Below are positions 1-10,187 of a stretch of 46,431 bases of DNA, in pieces. The translations under genes were made by a program, and so were the position numbers. Each line of letters starts with the position of its first letter. Within the stretch, counting starts at the first letter, position 1. The notes under the pieces were generated by a model. The model saw only the letters and a list, made by a program, of their open reading frames with translations, was not told the origin of the DNA and ran no database searches. This DNA is from Polyangiales bacterium (lineage in GTDB: Bacteria > Myxococcota_A > Polyangia > Polyangiales > Polyangiaceae), in NCBI GenBank assembly GCA_038230375.1, contig JBBRNJ010000070.1, forward strand, positions 1 through 46,431, written 5' to 3'.

Positions 1-677
1 CCACCGTCGCACCGACGACCGCGCCCCCCGTTGCCACCACCCCGCCGCCTGAGACCCTCCCGCCCGCAACAGGCCCCACCGTGAAGGTGCACATCAACTC
101 GCCCGTGGCGGCATCGTTGATGCGACGACCGCGCGGTGGACAGTCGTTCCTGCGCGCATGCGACGCTCCGTGCGACATGGAGATGCCTGTTGCTGACGAC
201 TACATGGTGTCCGCGGCGAACTCGAAGACCACGGCCGTGAAGCTCAACGGACAGCCGGGACAGACCGTGATCATCGACGTGGACCCGCCGAGCGACGGCG
301 GAAAGATCGGCGGCGTCGCCATGATCGTGGTGGGCGCGCTGGGCCTCACGGTCGGCGGTTTTGTGGACTTCATCGGCCTCATCCTGGAAGGCGCTTCCTC
401 CCAGACCACCAGGGACGGCGCCGACGGCGTCCTCATCGTTGGCCTGGTGATCACAGGTGTCAGCCTTGGTCTTGGCATCGGCGGTGTGGTCGTGTTCTTC
501 AAGTCGGGCAACACCGACGTCACCGCCAAGACCGGCTATCTCGAGCCGGTGCTCGGCGTGCCGAAGGTCGACGATCGCTTCGTGCGCGCACCCGTGTGGC
601 ACACGCCGACCGCATTCGAGCGCGCCGCGCAGGGCCCCGCGATGCAGACCGTTCCGATCTTCTCGCGCTCGTTCTGA
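1..677 (+). CDS. Hypothetical membrane protein, 5'-truncated by the window edge
   Basis: The frame of ORF 81..677 stays open back to position 3 (Pro/Thr-rich linker); two hydrophobic helices in the C-terminal half. Confidence 0.7.
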   Translation, partial: TVAPTTAPPVATTPPPETLPPATGPTVKVHINSPVAASLMRRPRGGQSFLRACDAPCDMEMPVADDYMVSAANSKTTAVKLNGQPGQTVIIDVDPPSDGGKIGGVAMIVVGALGLTVGGFVDFIGLILEGASSQTTRDGADGVLIVGLVITGVSLGLGIGGVVVFFKSGNTDVTAKTGYLEPVLGVPKVDDRFVRAPVWHTPTAFERAAQGPAMQTVPIFSRSF

Positions 678-678
678 C

Positions 679-1674
679 TCACGACATACGGGCGCGGCTT
701 CGCCAGAGGATGACCAGGAAGAGCGGGCCGCCGATGAGCGCCGTCACCGCACCGACCGGCGTCTGACGCTCGAGCAGGCGAAAGCCCAGACGCGAGACCA
801 GATCGCAGAGCACGAGCGTCGCGCCGCCGCCGATGATCGACGCGGGCAACACCACGCGAATGTCTGGCCCCGCGATCCGCCGCACGGCATGCGGGACGAT
901 GAGGCCGACGAACCCGATCATTCCAGACGCACTGGTGATGGCGCCAACGATGAGTGAGCATGCGAGCAGCGTGCGGAGCGAGAGTGCGCGCACGTCCAGA
1001 CCCAGGTTCTCCGCTGCGCTGGGCCCGAGCGCGAGCAGGTTCAGCTTCCCCGCATCCATCAAGAGCACCGCGAGCCCGAGGGCGACGTACGCGGCCACGA
1101 ACGCGAGCGACGTGGATGAAGGCGCGTCCAGAAAGCCCATCAACCAGTACAGCATCTCCTGCGCGGTGCCAGCGGTGACGAGGGTCTTGATGAAGGTGAT
1201 CGCAGCCGAGGCGATCGCATTCACGATCACGCCTGACAGGAGCAGGCTGACCGCATTTCCGCGACCGCGGCTCGCGAGCGCGTACACGACACCCGTGGCA
1301 AGCAGGCCGCCGAGAAGCGCAGCCACCGGGATGAGCGATGCGCCCACGAAGGTCAGCTCCGTGAGCCCGAGCGAGATCACGATCACGGCGCCCAGCGCCG
1401 AGCCACCCGACACGCCAAGGACGTACGGCTCCGCGAGCGGGTTGCGGAGCAGCGCCTGCAGCGCCACGCCCACCGCCGAGAGCCCCGCGCCCGCGACGAC
1501 ACCGAGCAGTACGCGCGGAAGCCGCACGGCCACGATCACGCTCCACTTGCTGTCCACCTCACCGAACGCGAGCGACAGGCCGACCGCGATGAAGAGGAGG
1601 AGCACGGACAACGACAGTGCGAGCGCGGTCCGTGCGCGCGGCATGGCCGTGCCGGCGCCGATCGCAGCCGTCAT
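679..1674 (-). CDS. FecCD/BtuC-family iron-chelate/cobalamin ABC transporter permease
   Basis: Motifs RLPRVLL, QALLRNPLAEPYVLGVSGG, GMIGFVGLIVPH and PVGAVTALIGGP; start overlaps the coaX stop (ATGA). Confidence 0.93.
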   Translation of the reverse strand: MTAAIGAGTAMPRARTALALSLSVLLLFIAVGLSLAFGEVDSKWSVIVAVRLPRVLLGVVAGAGLSAVGVALQALLRNPLAEPYVLGVSGGSALGAVIVISLGLTELTFVGASLIPVAALLGGLLATGVVYALASRGRGNAVSLLLSGVIVNAIASAAITFIKTLVTAGTAQEMLYWLMGFLDAPSSTSLAFVAAYVALGLAVLLMDAGKLNLLALGPSAAENLGLDVRALSLRTLLACSLIVGAITSASGMIGFVGLIVPHAVRRIAGPDIRVVLPASIIGGGATLVLCDLVSRLGFRLLERQTPVGAVTALIGGPLFLVILWRSRARMS

Positions 1675-2441
1675 GGGGCGACGTTGCGCTCGTAGAGGAT
1701 GCGAAGACCCGTCAAGGTGAGCTCGTCGTCGGTGATGGGGACCGTCCGCGTGAGCGGCGCAATGAGCCCCGCAAGCCCGCCGGTGGCGATCACGGCGCAG
1801 TCCTGTCCCATGTCCAAAAGGAGCCGCTCGACCAGGCCGTCGACGAGGCCGACGTAGCCGTAGACGATTCCGGACTGCATCGAGTGCACGGTGTTGCGCC
1901 CGATGACCTTCGGCGGGAGCGCGACCTCCACGCGAGGGAGCTTCGCCGCGCGAGAAAACAAGGCATCCGCGCTGATCTGGATTCCCGGCGCGATGACACC
2001 ACCCAGGTACTCGCCCTTGCTGGAGACGCAGTCGAACGTGGTGGCCGTGCCGAAGTCCACGACGATGACTGCCTTCTGGAAGCGCGCATACGCGGCCACG
2101 GCGTTCACGATGCGATCCGCGCCCACCTCGCGCGGGTTCTCCACCAGGATGGGCATGCCAGAGCGGACACCGGCGCCGACCACGAGCGCCTCCTTGCCGA
2201 ACGCTTGCTGCACGAGCCTGACCATGGGCTCCGTGAGTGGCGGCACCACGCTCGCCACGATGCCGGCCGTCACGCGCGACGCCTCGATCCCATTCATGGA
2301 GAGGAGCGAGAGCAGCGTGACGCGGTACTCGTCCGCGGTGCGACCGCGGCTGGATTCCACCCGGAACTGGTGCACGAGCTTGTCGCCCTCGAAGAGCCCG
2401 AAGACGATGTTCGTGTTGCCAACGTCGATGACGAGGAGCAT
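1671..2441 (-). CDS. coaX: Type III pantothenate kinase
   Basis: MLLVIDVGNTN, EVGADR, VVDFGTATTFD, IATGG; start placed at ATG 2441, not the ORF-track start 2588. Confidence 0.95.
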   Translation of the reverse strand: MLLVIDVGNTNIVFGLFEGDKLVHQFRVESSRGRTADEYRVTLLSLLSMNGIEASRVTAGIVASVVPPLTEPMVRLVQQAFGKEALVVGAGVRSGMPILVENPREVGADRIVNAVAAYARFQKAVIVVDFGTATTFDCVSSKGEYLGGVIAPGIQISADALFSRAAKLPRVEVALPPKVIGRNTVHSMQSGIVYGYVGLVDGLVERLLLDMGQDCAVIATGGLAGLIAPLTRTVPITDDELTLTGLRILYERNVAP

Positions 2442-2463
2442 GGCCGCAGAGCCTATTCGACCT

Positions 2464-3108
2464 TCAGCGCCACGGGAACAGGCGACGGAGCGTGAGCAGG
2501 TTGCCGCCTGCGGCGAGCCGCGCGTAGATGTCGTTGCCGTTCTCCCCCGGCCTGTCGCCGGCCCGCGGCATCCGCAGCTCGACGACACGGTTCAGCGGCT
2601 CCACCAGGTGACGTCCTTCGGAGAGCCACCGCACTGTCTGGAAGAGCTCTCCGGCGTCGAACCAAATTCCGTGCATATTGCACACGTCGACCGAGATACC
2701 AGAGCGGGCCGCGAAGGTGGCGCGTTCCATCATGGACCGACAGGCTGGACACGCCGCCATCGGGAACAGCTGCGAGCTCGAGAGGGGCGCTGCTCCAGTA
2801 GTGTCGATGATCTCCACCTCCGTCGTGGTGGATGCCGTGAGCAGCCTTGTCCAGTCGTCCGCCGCGACGAAGAGACCGCCACACGACGCGCAGTGGTGGC
2901 CGTATTCCTCGGGGTCGTTCGGCGTGTGGGTGAGCTGCGCCGATGTGCAGCGCGGACAGGGCAGCGGCAGATCCGGCGGCTCGCGCCCCATGGGCGGAAG
3001 CGGCGCGCCGCAATGACAGACCTGGGAATCCGCGAGATTACTGACGCCGCAGTAGAGGCAGCGCTTCTCGGTGCCATGCGGCGGAGGTGAGCTCTCTCGG
3101 TACATCAT
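2464..3108 (-). CDS. Zinc-ribbon protein with zf-TFIIB-like domains
   Basis: Repeated CxxC pairs (CLYC, CPRC, CASC, CPAC) and VDVCxxHGIWFDAGEL. Confidence 0.75.
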   Translation of the reverse strand: MMYRESSPPPHGTEKRCLYCGVSNLADSQVCHCGAPLPPMGREPPDLPLPCPRCTSAQLTHTPNDPEEYGHHCASCGGLFVAADDWTRLLTASTTTEVEIIDTTGAAPLSSSQLFPMAACPACRSMMERATFAARSGISVDVCNMHGIWFDAGELFQTVRWLSEGRHLVEPLNRVVELRMPRAGDRPGENGNDIYARLAAGGNLLTLRRLFPWR

Positions 3109-3161
3109 GCGGCAGGCCCAAGAGCATACCCCCGAGCCGGGTCCAAGACTGCGTGGTAGAC

Positions 3162-4028
3162 ATGTGCGTGCGCGCGTTTCGCTCCTTGCTGCTCTTGACC
3201 TTCCTTGCCGCGTGCAGCGATCCAAAGGCTCCAGAGCCCGCGCACCAGGCAGCCGAAGCGATGGGGCCCACCACCACGGTGCTCACCGTCGCGCGTCCTG
3301 TTGTCACCGAGGATGCCGGCGCTGCGGACGAAGCAGCCGCAGTCGCAGATGCGACGACCGTGGACGCGGGGCCTCCTCCGAAGCGCAGGCCCGGCGGGTA
3401 CGCGAACATCGATCCCACCGATGACTATGTCGTGGGTCCGCCCGACCCGGAGACGGACTGCGAGGGCTCGCTGAAGGCGCTGGGCGTGACATTCCAGCGC
3501 GCAAGCCTGCCCGTGCACACGACGCGTTCCAAGCAGAAGATCGTGTGCGGCGCGCCCGAGGTCGTCACGTACATCCGCGGCCCGGGCAAGATCGCCTACA
3601 ACAGCGCGCCTCTCGTCACGTGCGGTATGGCCCTGGCGCTGGCGACGTGGGAGCGCATCCTGCAGGACGAAGCGGCGTCGAAGCTGAAGACGAAGGTCGC
3701 GCGCATCGAGCACATGGGGACGTACAGCTGCCGCGAGGTGTCGGCCTATCCAGGCACCGTCAGCGAGCACTCGTACGCGAACGCGATCGACGTCATGCGC
3801 TTCGTGCTCGCCAACGGAAAGACCATCGAGGTCGTTCGCGACTTCGACCTGTCCGACGGCGAGCCGAAGAAGGCGGGCGGCGCATTCTTGCGGGCGGTGT
3901 CGCGCAGAGCGAACGACGAGGACGTCTTCTCCAACGTGCTCACGCCGTTCTTCAACAAGGACCACAACAACCACTTCCATCTGGATCTCAGTCGCTACCG
4001 CCTGGATGGCACGCGACCCGCGACCTGA
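3162..4028 (+). CDS. Extensin-like C-terminal domain lipoprotein
   Basis: Lipobox LAAC; GTYSCR, SEHSYANAID and HNNHFHLD motifs. Start is either ATG 3162 or GTG 3168. Confidence 0.82.
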   Translation: MCVRAFRSLLLLTFLAACSDPKAPEPAHQAAEAMGPTTTVLTVARPVVTEDAGAADEAAAVADATTVDAGPPPKRRPGGYANIDPTDDYVVGPPDPETDCEGSLKALGVTFQRASLPVHTTRSKQKIVCGAPEVVTYIRGPGKIAYNSAPLVTCGMALALATWERILQDEAASKLKTKVARIEHMGTYSCREVSAYPGTVSEHSYANAIDVMRFVLANGKTIEVVRDFDLSDGEPKKAGGAFLRAVSRRANDEDVFSNVLTPFFNKDHNNHFHLDLSRYRLDGTRPAT

Positions 4029-4040
4029 AAGGCTTGACGG

Positions 4041-6260
4041 CTACTTCACCTTCACGTCGGTGATCACGTCGCCCTCGGCGACCGCGTCCCAGTCCCCCGT
4101 GGCATGACCGATACGCGTGTACTCGCCGTCCAGGTGCGGCGTGCGTGCGAGCGTCACGAAGAGCTGGCTCGAGCCCGTGTCGCGCCCCGCGAGCGCCATG
4201 CCGATGTCGAGCCGCGCGAACGGCACGGGAGATGTCTCGCAGCGGAGCAGGGTGCCGGAGCCGCCATAGCCATCGCCGTCGGGGTCGCCGAACTGCGCGA
4301 CGAACGCAGGCACCACCCGATGCACGACGATCCCCTTGTAAAAGCCGCTCTTCGCGAGCGACGTGATGCGCGCCACGGTCACGGGCGCAAGCTCCGGCTC
4401 CAGCACCAATCCCAGCTCACCGGAGTCCGTGACGAGGGTGAGCGTTGCGGACGCGTGCGGCCCGAGCACCTCTGGTGCTGCCGCCCGTGGGGTCTTGGGC
4501 GCGGGGCAGACGGTGCGATTGTCGCCCAGCGTGCGCAGCGCCTTCTGCGCGCGCTCGCGTACGGTGACGTTCGTGTCCTGGCATGCAGTCTCCGCCGCGG
4601 CCTTCGCGGACAGAACGTGCACCGCCGCCGCTGCATCCAGGAGCGCGAGACGCGTCTCGACCAGATCTTCCTTCCACGGCTTCCTCATCGCGCTGGCGAG
4701 CGCGCGCGCCACCGTGTTGTCGATCTCCTGCATGGGATTGGCGGACGGGGGGGGCGCGCGCGGATCGAGCGCAGCGCGCTTCTCGATCTCGGCCAGGACC
4801 ATGAGCCGTTCTGGGTGCGTGCTCACCAGGTCCGCGGTGGTGGCGACCAGACCAGGCTTGTCCGAGGACAGTCCTTCGACGATCAGCGTGCGCCCCAGAT
4901 CTCCGAGCTCCACGTGCGAGCCAATGCCCTCGATCGCCTGCTCGCGCACGCGGAGGTGCTTGCTCCTTGCAAGCTTCGCGAACGCCTCTCTCTTCGCGGC
5001 GCCGGCGATGGGTGACTCGAGCATGGAGGTCAGGACCGCGTGCTCCTTCGCATACGTTCCGTCCTCATCGCACTTCGCGAGTACGTCGGAGTCCCACGCG
5101 GCGTGCGCCAGCGACAGCGCCGCGGTGCAGCGCAGCTCTGCAAGGCGGCGCGCGAGCATGGGCGGCGGATCGCCTGGCGCGCGCAGCTGAGCGACGGCGG
5201 ACAGCACCGTGGACGCCTTCTTCGGCGCGTCGGCCCCCACGGATGACAGCAGCGACGAGAGCACCGCGAAGTCGTCTCCGCCGAGCGCGCTGATCGCGAA
5301 CGGATCCTTGTCGGGCGTGAGCTTGCCAAGGAGCTCCGTGGCGGCGCTCTTGCCCGCGTCCCCGAGCGTGCCTAGCGACCGGGCAGCCTCCGCGCGCTCG
5401 GCGATCGTGAACTGTTTGTCCGAAACGATCTTTGCAAGGTCCGGCACTGCTTCCTTGCCGCAGCGGAGGAGAGTCTTGATGGCGAAGATGCGCGCCTCAC
5501 CGGGACGCGCGAGCGCACCACGCGCGCCCTTGAGCGCGGTCTCCTTGAACGCGTCGCCGATGGGAATGCGTGACAGGCCGAAGAAGGCCATGTCGCGAGG
5601 AGCGAACTCCCCGGCGTTGCCAGTGGCCGCATAGAGCAGCGCGAGGAGACCCGCGTCCCCGAGATCCTTCTTTCGCGACGCGAGGTCCGACAGGCCAAGC
5701 ACCGCCGCCTCCATCATGGGGCCGTCTTTGACGCGCACCCACGCCGTGAGGACTGCCTCCGCGAGCGGACCGCCGCAACGCCCGATGGCGCGCCCGATCG
5801 CGCGGCGCACGTCCACCGCGGCGTCGCCAGGCTTCTCCTCCTTTGGCGCCTTGTCTGGAGCGGGCACGAGCGCGAGCGGCGCGGCGCGTGCTGAAAGGGC
5901 GCGCACGAAGCTCTCCTCATGCCCCTTGCAGATGTACCCGAGCCCGTACGCAGCCCACGCGCTGGTCTCCGCGTCTTCATCGCCGAGCAGCGACAGCAGC
6001 GGCTCCATTCCGTCCGGATCCGCGATGCGCGCAAGAGAGATGGCCGCACGTCTGCGAACCCGCGGATCGTGATCCTGTGTGGTTCCGGTCACCACAGCTG
6101 CGGAGCTGCGCATGTCCTCGGCCATCGCGAGCGCGGACGCGTCCAGCGGACCCAACGCGTTAGGCGCAGCATCCGAAGCGTCCTTCGAACGCGTGTCGGT
6201 GCAGCCGAGCACAAGCATGCATCCTGCAAGCATCGGGCAAAGGAGCGTCCGCGTGCGCAC
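4041..6260 (-). CDS. HEAT-repeat lipoprotein with C-terminal cyclophilin-type peptidyl-prolyl isomerase domain
   Basis: Lipobox-like VLGC, HEAT-like repeats, C-terminal HRVVPAFVAQFGDP, MALAGRDTGSSQLF and HLDGEYT; GTG 6260 is preceded by TATGCT-N6. Confidence 0.85.
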   Translation of the reverse strand: MRTRTLLCPMLAGCMLVLGCTDTRSKDASDAAPNALGPLDASALAMAEDMRSSAAVVTGTTQDHDPRVRRRAAISLARIADPDGMEPLLSLLGDEDAETSAWAAYGLGYICKGHEESFVRALSARAAPLALVPAPDKAPKEEKPGDAAVDVRRAIGRAIGRCGGPLAEAVLTAWVRVKDGPMMEAAVLGLSDLASRKKDLGDAGLLALLYAATGNAGEFAPRDMAFFGLSRIPIGDAFKETALKGARGALARPGEARIFAIKTLLRCGKEAVPDLAKIVSDKQFTIAERAEAARSLGTLGDAGKSAATELLGKLTPDKDPFAISALGGDDFAVLSSLLSSVGADAPKKASTVLSAVAQLRAPGDPPPMLARRLAELRCTAALSLAHAAWDSDVLAKCDEDGTYAKEHAVLTSMLESPIAGAAKREAFAKLARSKHLRVREQAIEGIGSHVELGDLGRTLIVEGLSSDKPGLVATTADLVSTHPERLMVLAEIEKRAALDPRAPPPSANPMQEIDNTVARALASAMRKPWKEDLVETRLALLDAAAAVHVLSAKAAAETACQDTNVTVRERAQKALRTLGDNRTVCPAPKTPRAAAPEVLGPHASATLTLVTDSGELGLVLEPELAPVTVARITSLAKSGFYKGIVVHRVVPAFVAQFGDPDGDGYGGSGTLLRCETSPVPFARLDIGMALAGRDTGSSQLFVTLARTPHLDGEYTRIGHATGDWDAVAEGDVITDVKVK

Positions 6261-6365
6261 GGCGGAAGCATAGTCCGCGCCGGCCCCTTTGGGCGCCGGA
6301 ACGGGCACGACGCGCACGAACGGTTGACGGGTCCTCCTGCACCCGCATAGAACAGTGCAAGGCCA

Positions 6366-7208
6366 ATGCAGATCACCTTCTGGGGCGTGCGCGGCAGCAT
6401 CCCGTCGCCCGGTCCCGACACAGTCGAGATCGGCGGCAACACAAGCTGTGTCGAGGTGCGCGCAGGGAAGGCGCTGATCGTGCTCGATGGCGGCACCGGC
6501 CTCCGGCTGCTCGGCAAGCGGCTCGTGAAGGAGATGCCGTTCACGGCGCATATCTTCTTCAGCCACGTGCACTGGGATCACATCCAGGGGTTCCCGTTCT
6601 TCGATCCCGCGTTCGTCCCGGGCAACACCATCCACCTGTATGGCGGCACCACCGTGAGCCGCACGCTCGAGGAGACGCTCGCCGGACAGATGGATCACCC
6701 GAGCTTCCCCGTGCACCTCTCCGACATGGGCGCGACGATGTTCTTCCACGACCTGCGCGAAGGCCAGCTCCTCGAGCTGGACGCTGGCGACGGCAAGGTC
6801 GCAAAGATCACGGCCGCTCACGGAAATCACCCGAACGGCGTCATGGCCTACCGCATCGAGCACGAAGGCCACGCGATGGTCTACGCAACGGACACGGAGC
6901 ACTACGCCGTGATCGACACCAAGCTGCTCAAGCTCGCGCACAACGCCGACGTCCTCATCTACGACTCGCAGTACACACCCGAGGAGTACGCGGGCACCGC
7001 CGGCACGGGCGGCCCGAAGCAGGGCTGGGGGCACAGCACGTACGAGGAGGCGATCAAGCTCGCCAACGCGGCTGGCGTGAAGGAGCTCGTGCTCTTCCAC
7101 CACGACCCCATGCAGAGCGACACGGCCGTGCGCGAGAAGGAAAAGCGCGCAAAGGCCCTTCACGGGAACGTCCGTGCGGCCTACGAAGGCCTGACGATCA
7201 AGCTCTGA
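6366..7208 (+). CDS. MBL-fold metallo-hydrolase (phosphodiesterase-like)
   Basis: FWGVRGSIP, GGNTSC, SHVHWDHIQG (HxHxDH), WGHS, LFHHDP. Confidence 0.92.
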   Translation: MQITFWGVRGSIPSPGPDTVEIGGNTSCVEVRAGKALIVLDGGTGLRLLGKRLVKEMPFTAHIFFSHVHWDHIQGFPFFDPAFVPGNTIHLYGGTTVSRTLEETLAGQMDHPSFPVHLSDMGATMFFHDLREGQLLELDAGDGKVAKITAAHGNHPNGVMAYRIEHEGHAMVYATDTEHYAVIDTKLLKLAHNADVLIYDSQYTPEEYAGTAGTGGPKQGWGHSTYEEAIKLANAAGVKELVLFHHDPMQSDTAVREKEKRAKALHGNVRAAYEGLTIKL

Positions 7209-7340
7209 GGAGCGCGGCTTCAAGGGCGGGATCGGCGATCGCGAAATGATTGCGGCGCAAGGCATGCGCGCAAGAGGCGGTTGCGCGAATGGAGGACCCC
7301 GGTTGGTTGAACATCGCGGGATTCAGGCTGAATTCTCGTG

Positions 7341-7356
7341 TGGCACCGCCCGTGCA
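7341..7356 (+). promoter_or_regulatory. Putative sigma54 (-24/-12) promoter of the RpoH-like sigma gene
   Basis: TGGCACCGCCCGTGCA has exact GG-N10-GC spacing; GGAGG RBS at 7384-7388. Confidence 0.55.
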
Positions 7357-7392
7357 GAAGATGCGTGGCAGCTGTAGACCCACGGAGGGAAC

Positions 7393-8217
7393 ATGCGCTT
7401 CGCCGAATCCTCGCACTCGCTCACGTCATACAAAGCCTCCCTTGCCGGGAGCGCGCCGCTCTCGCGTGTTGCGGAGCAAGAGCTCGCCCGCCGCTACCTG
7501 GCTGGCGATCGTCGTGCGGGCGACGACCTCATCCGCGCCTGCCTGCCGTTCGTGATCTCGATCGCGCTCCAGTACCGTCGCTGGGGCATTCCGCTGGAGG
7601 ACATCATCCAGCAAGGCAACCTGGGTCTCTTGCGGGCGGTGAAGAAGTTCGACCCCGAACGTGACGTCCGCCTGGCCACATACGCTGCGTACTGGATCCG
7701 CGCGGAGATCCGGGAGTACGTGGTGAAGGGCTTCCGCGTCGTGCGGCTGGGCACCACCAAGACGGAGCGAAAGGCGCTGCGTGCATATCGCGCCGGCGAA
7801 GGAGATGCGACGCGGCTCGCTGCGCTCTCTGGTCTCTCCGTGGAGCGCGTGGAGCAGCTCTTGCCGTTGCTCGCGAGCAAGGAGGCGAGCCTCGACGCAC
7901 GCACGGACGAGGGCGGCTCTGCAGAGGATCGCCTCGCATCGCCGCTGCCGTCACCGGAAGAAGAGGCCGCGTCGCACGAGCGCTCGTCGCAGGCACAGGT
8001 GGCTGTGGACAATGCCCTGTGCATCCTGAGCGATCGCGAGCGGTTGATCGTGTCGGAGCGCATGATGACCGAGGACCCGCCCACGCTCCAGGCGCTCGGA
8101 ATGCGCCTTGGTGTGAGCAAGGAGCGCGTGCGCCAGATCGAGGAGCGCGCGATGTCGAAGCTCAAGGACAGGCTCGGCGACTTCAGCGGCGTCGCGCATC
8201 TGACCTCCGCTGCATGA
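7393..8217 (+). CDS. RNA polymerase sigma70-family factor, RpoH/sigma32-like
   Basis: EDIIQQGNLGLLRAVKKFDPER, ATYAAYWIRAEI, region 4 LGVSKERVRQIE. Confidence 0.92.
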   Translation: MRFAESSHSLTSYKASLAGSAPLSRVAEQELARRYLAGDRRAGDDLIRACLPFVISIALQYRRWGIPLEDIIQQGNLGLLRAVKKFDPERDVRLATYAAYWIRAEIREYVVKGFRVVRLGTTKTERKALRAYRAGEGDATRLAALSGLSVERVEQLLPLLASKEASLDARTDEGGSAEDRLASPLPSPEEEAASHERSSQAQVAVDNALCILSDRERLIVSERMMTEDPPTLQALGMRLGVSKERVRQIEERAMSKLKDRLGDFSGVAHLTSAA

Positions 8218-8326
8218 GCTGGCGCTCCGTGCGCTCCGAAGGCGCGCGCCTTGACCTGAACACCTGGGAAGCTACCGAAGCCCCACAAACTGAGCCTGCT
8301 CAGGGGGCGGGTGCTAGCCTCCGGGG

Positions 8327-10171
8327 ATGCGTCGCGCGTTCACGTTGGCACTGGTTTTCGCCTGCGTGGGCGCAGCTGGTACGTACTTCGTGAGGCGGGC
8401 GCGCACAGATGATGCGCCCGCAGACTCCGCCTCCGTCGCGACGGACAAGCGCGCTTCGCCCGCGCCGCTCGGCCCCGAAGAGCCGAACGATCTGCGCTTC
8501 CAGCTGCCTTCGGGCGGTCCCACCCGCATCACCTGCAACCAGGCGCGGCGGGTGATCGCCCAGGTGCGCGCAGAGCTTTCGTACGAGCCCGAGGCGGTGT
8601 CGCCGAAGGAGCTCTCCGCGTCCGCCTCCGACTGGCTCGACCCGCACTCGTTCTGGAGCTTGCCCGACGACGCGCCCACCAGCGCGGCCATGGACGAAGC
8701 CGCGAAGGATCTCATCGGCGAGCTCGAAGGCAGAGGCAGCTCCGACTGCGCGGCTGCACGGCGCGTCGGCAAGGTGCTCGCTGCCTGGTCCATCGCGCTG
8801 CGCGGAAGCTTTGACGCCGGCGACAAGGAGCGCGTGGACGTTGCCAGCGCCGAGACACGCGACCTGCCGGCCACGGGCACGAGCCACGAGCGCGCGATGG
8901 AGCTTGGCCGACGCACGCGCGCAGTTCGCGTGGCCATCGGCGAGAAGGTGGAGCCGTTCAGGGTCGCCGCGCGCGATCGGTTCTTCCCCGCGCTCGACGA
9001 GTCCGCGTGGGCAGAGGTCGTTCTTGCGTCTGCCGTGCGCGCGTACGTGCCTCTGGTGGACCCGCACGGCGCCTGGGCACCACTGGACGAGAAGTCCAGT
9101 GTGTACGAGGTCGACCTGTTCGCCGCCCCGCCGGAGAAGCCGTGGGGCAAGGTCACCGTGACGGCGGTGGGCTTCCGCGTTGACGATCACGCTGTCACAC
9201 CTCTCCTCGACAACGACGTCGTGCTGTCGGTGAACGGCGTGCTCACGGCAGGCATGCCGCTCGAGCAAGTAGAGCAGCTCGGGTTCGCATCACGGCAGGA
9301 TGGCGTCGCGAAGGTCAGGGCGATTCGCAACGGTGCGCTCGTGGACCTTGCGGTGGGTCCGAGCCCGGCCGAGGGCGCCCATGGAAGGCCGGGCGCGGCG
9401 CCTCACGTGGAGGTGACGCGGATCCCGTTCGGTTCGGGCACCGTCGCGGTCGTGGCCTTCCAGGACGTGCGCGACGATCTGGGTGACGACATTCGCGACG
9501 TCATCACCGATCTCCTTGAAGAGCACGTGACGGGGCTCGTGCTCGACCTGCGCGGCAACGGCGGCGGATCCACGGACGGCGCCATCAACGCGCTTGGGCA
9601 CTTCATCCCCAATGCGCCGCTGTTCCCCACGCGGCGGCGCGACGGCACGATCGAGGTGGACCACTCGCCTGCGAACCAACCCGCGTGGGAGGGTCCCGTG
9701 GCGACGCTGGTCGACGGCTCCACCGCCAGCGCCGCCGAGATGATCTCCGGCGCGCTCATGGCCTACGGACGCGGTCCCAGCGTCGGCGCGCCCACGTTCG
9801 GCAAGGGCTGCGCGCAGGAGTATCTGGACGACGAGGCTTCGGTCGGTGTGCTGCGCTTGACGACGCTGCTCTACGCGTTGCCAGACGGCTCGCCCGTACA
9901 GCGAGTGGGCCTTACCCCGACGATTCCCCTGCCGTTCGTCGCGAAGATGGATGACCCGCACGAGCGCGAGGCGAAGCTGCCGCACACGGCGCCCACGTGG
10001 CGCGGCCCCGACAAGCGCGCGGGCGTCGTGTTCGCAAAGAAGGAACACTGGGCCTGGCCGCAGACCACGGGAAAGGTCGGCCCCTGCGACGACCCCGACG
10101 TCTGTCATGCGCTGCGTGCCCTGGGCGCGCGCAGGCCCCAGATCGCGAAGAGCCGCCCGGACCCGCGCTGA
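8327..10171 (+). CDS. S41-family carboxyl-terminal processing peptidase
   Basis: DPH, LVLDLRGNGGG, STASAAEMISGAL (catalytic Ser), TFGKG (catalytic Lys); N-terminal signal anchor. Confidence 0.88.
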   Translation: MRRAFTLALVFACVGAAGTYFVRRARTDDAPADSASVATDKRASPAPLGPEEPNDLRFQLPSGGPTRITCNQARRVIAQVRAELSYEPEAVSPKELSASASDWLDPHSFWSLPDDAPTSAAMDEAAKDLIGELEGRGSSDCAAARRVGKVLAAWSIALRGSFDAGDKERVDVASAETRDLPATGTSHERAMELGRRTRAVRVAIGEKVEPFRVAARDRFFPALDESAWAEVVLASAVRAYVPLVDPHGAWAPLDEKSSVYEVDLFAAPPEKPWGKVTVTAVGFRVDDHAVTPLLDNDVVLSVNGVLTAGMPLEQVEQLGFASRQDGVAKVRAIRNGALVDLAVGPSPAEGAHGRPGAAPHVEVTRIPFGSGTVAVVAFQDVRDDLGDDIRDVITDLLEEHVTGLVLDLRGNGGGSTDGAINALGHFIPNAPLFPTRRRDGTIEVDHSPANQPAWEGPVATLVDGSTASAAEMISGALMAYGRGPSVGAPTFGKGCAQEYLDDEASVGVLRLTTLLYALPDGSPVQRVGLTPTIPLPFVAKMDDPHEREAKLPHTAPTWRGPDKRAGVVFAKKEHWAWPQTTGKVGPCDDPDVCHALRALGARRPQIAKSRPDPR

Positions 10172-10187
10172 TCGCCTCGCGAGCGAG

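Noticed and set aside
6324..6353. sigma70 promoter TTGACG-N18-TAGAAC for the MBL gene
   Set aside because: Plausible, but the -10 lacks the conserved final T and the spacing is suboptimal; not enough support.
4041..7265. 1074-aa ORF as a single giant protein
   Set aside because: The first ~335 aa are mostly the antisense shadow of the MBL hydrolase gene; the real lipoprotein starts near 6260.
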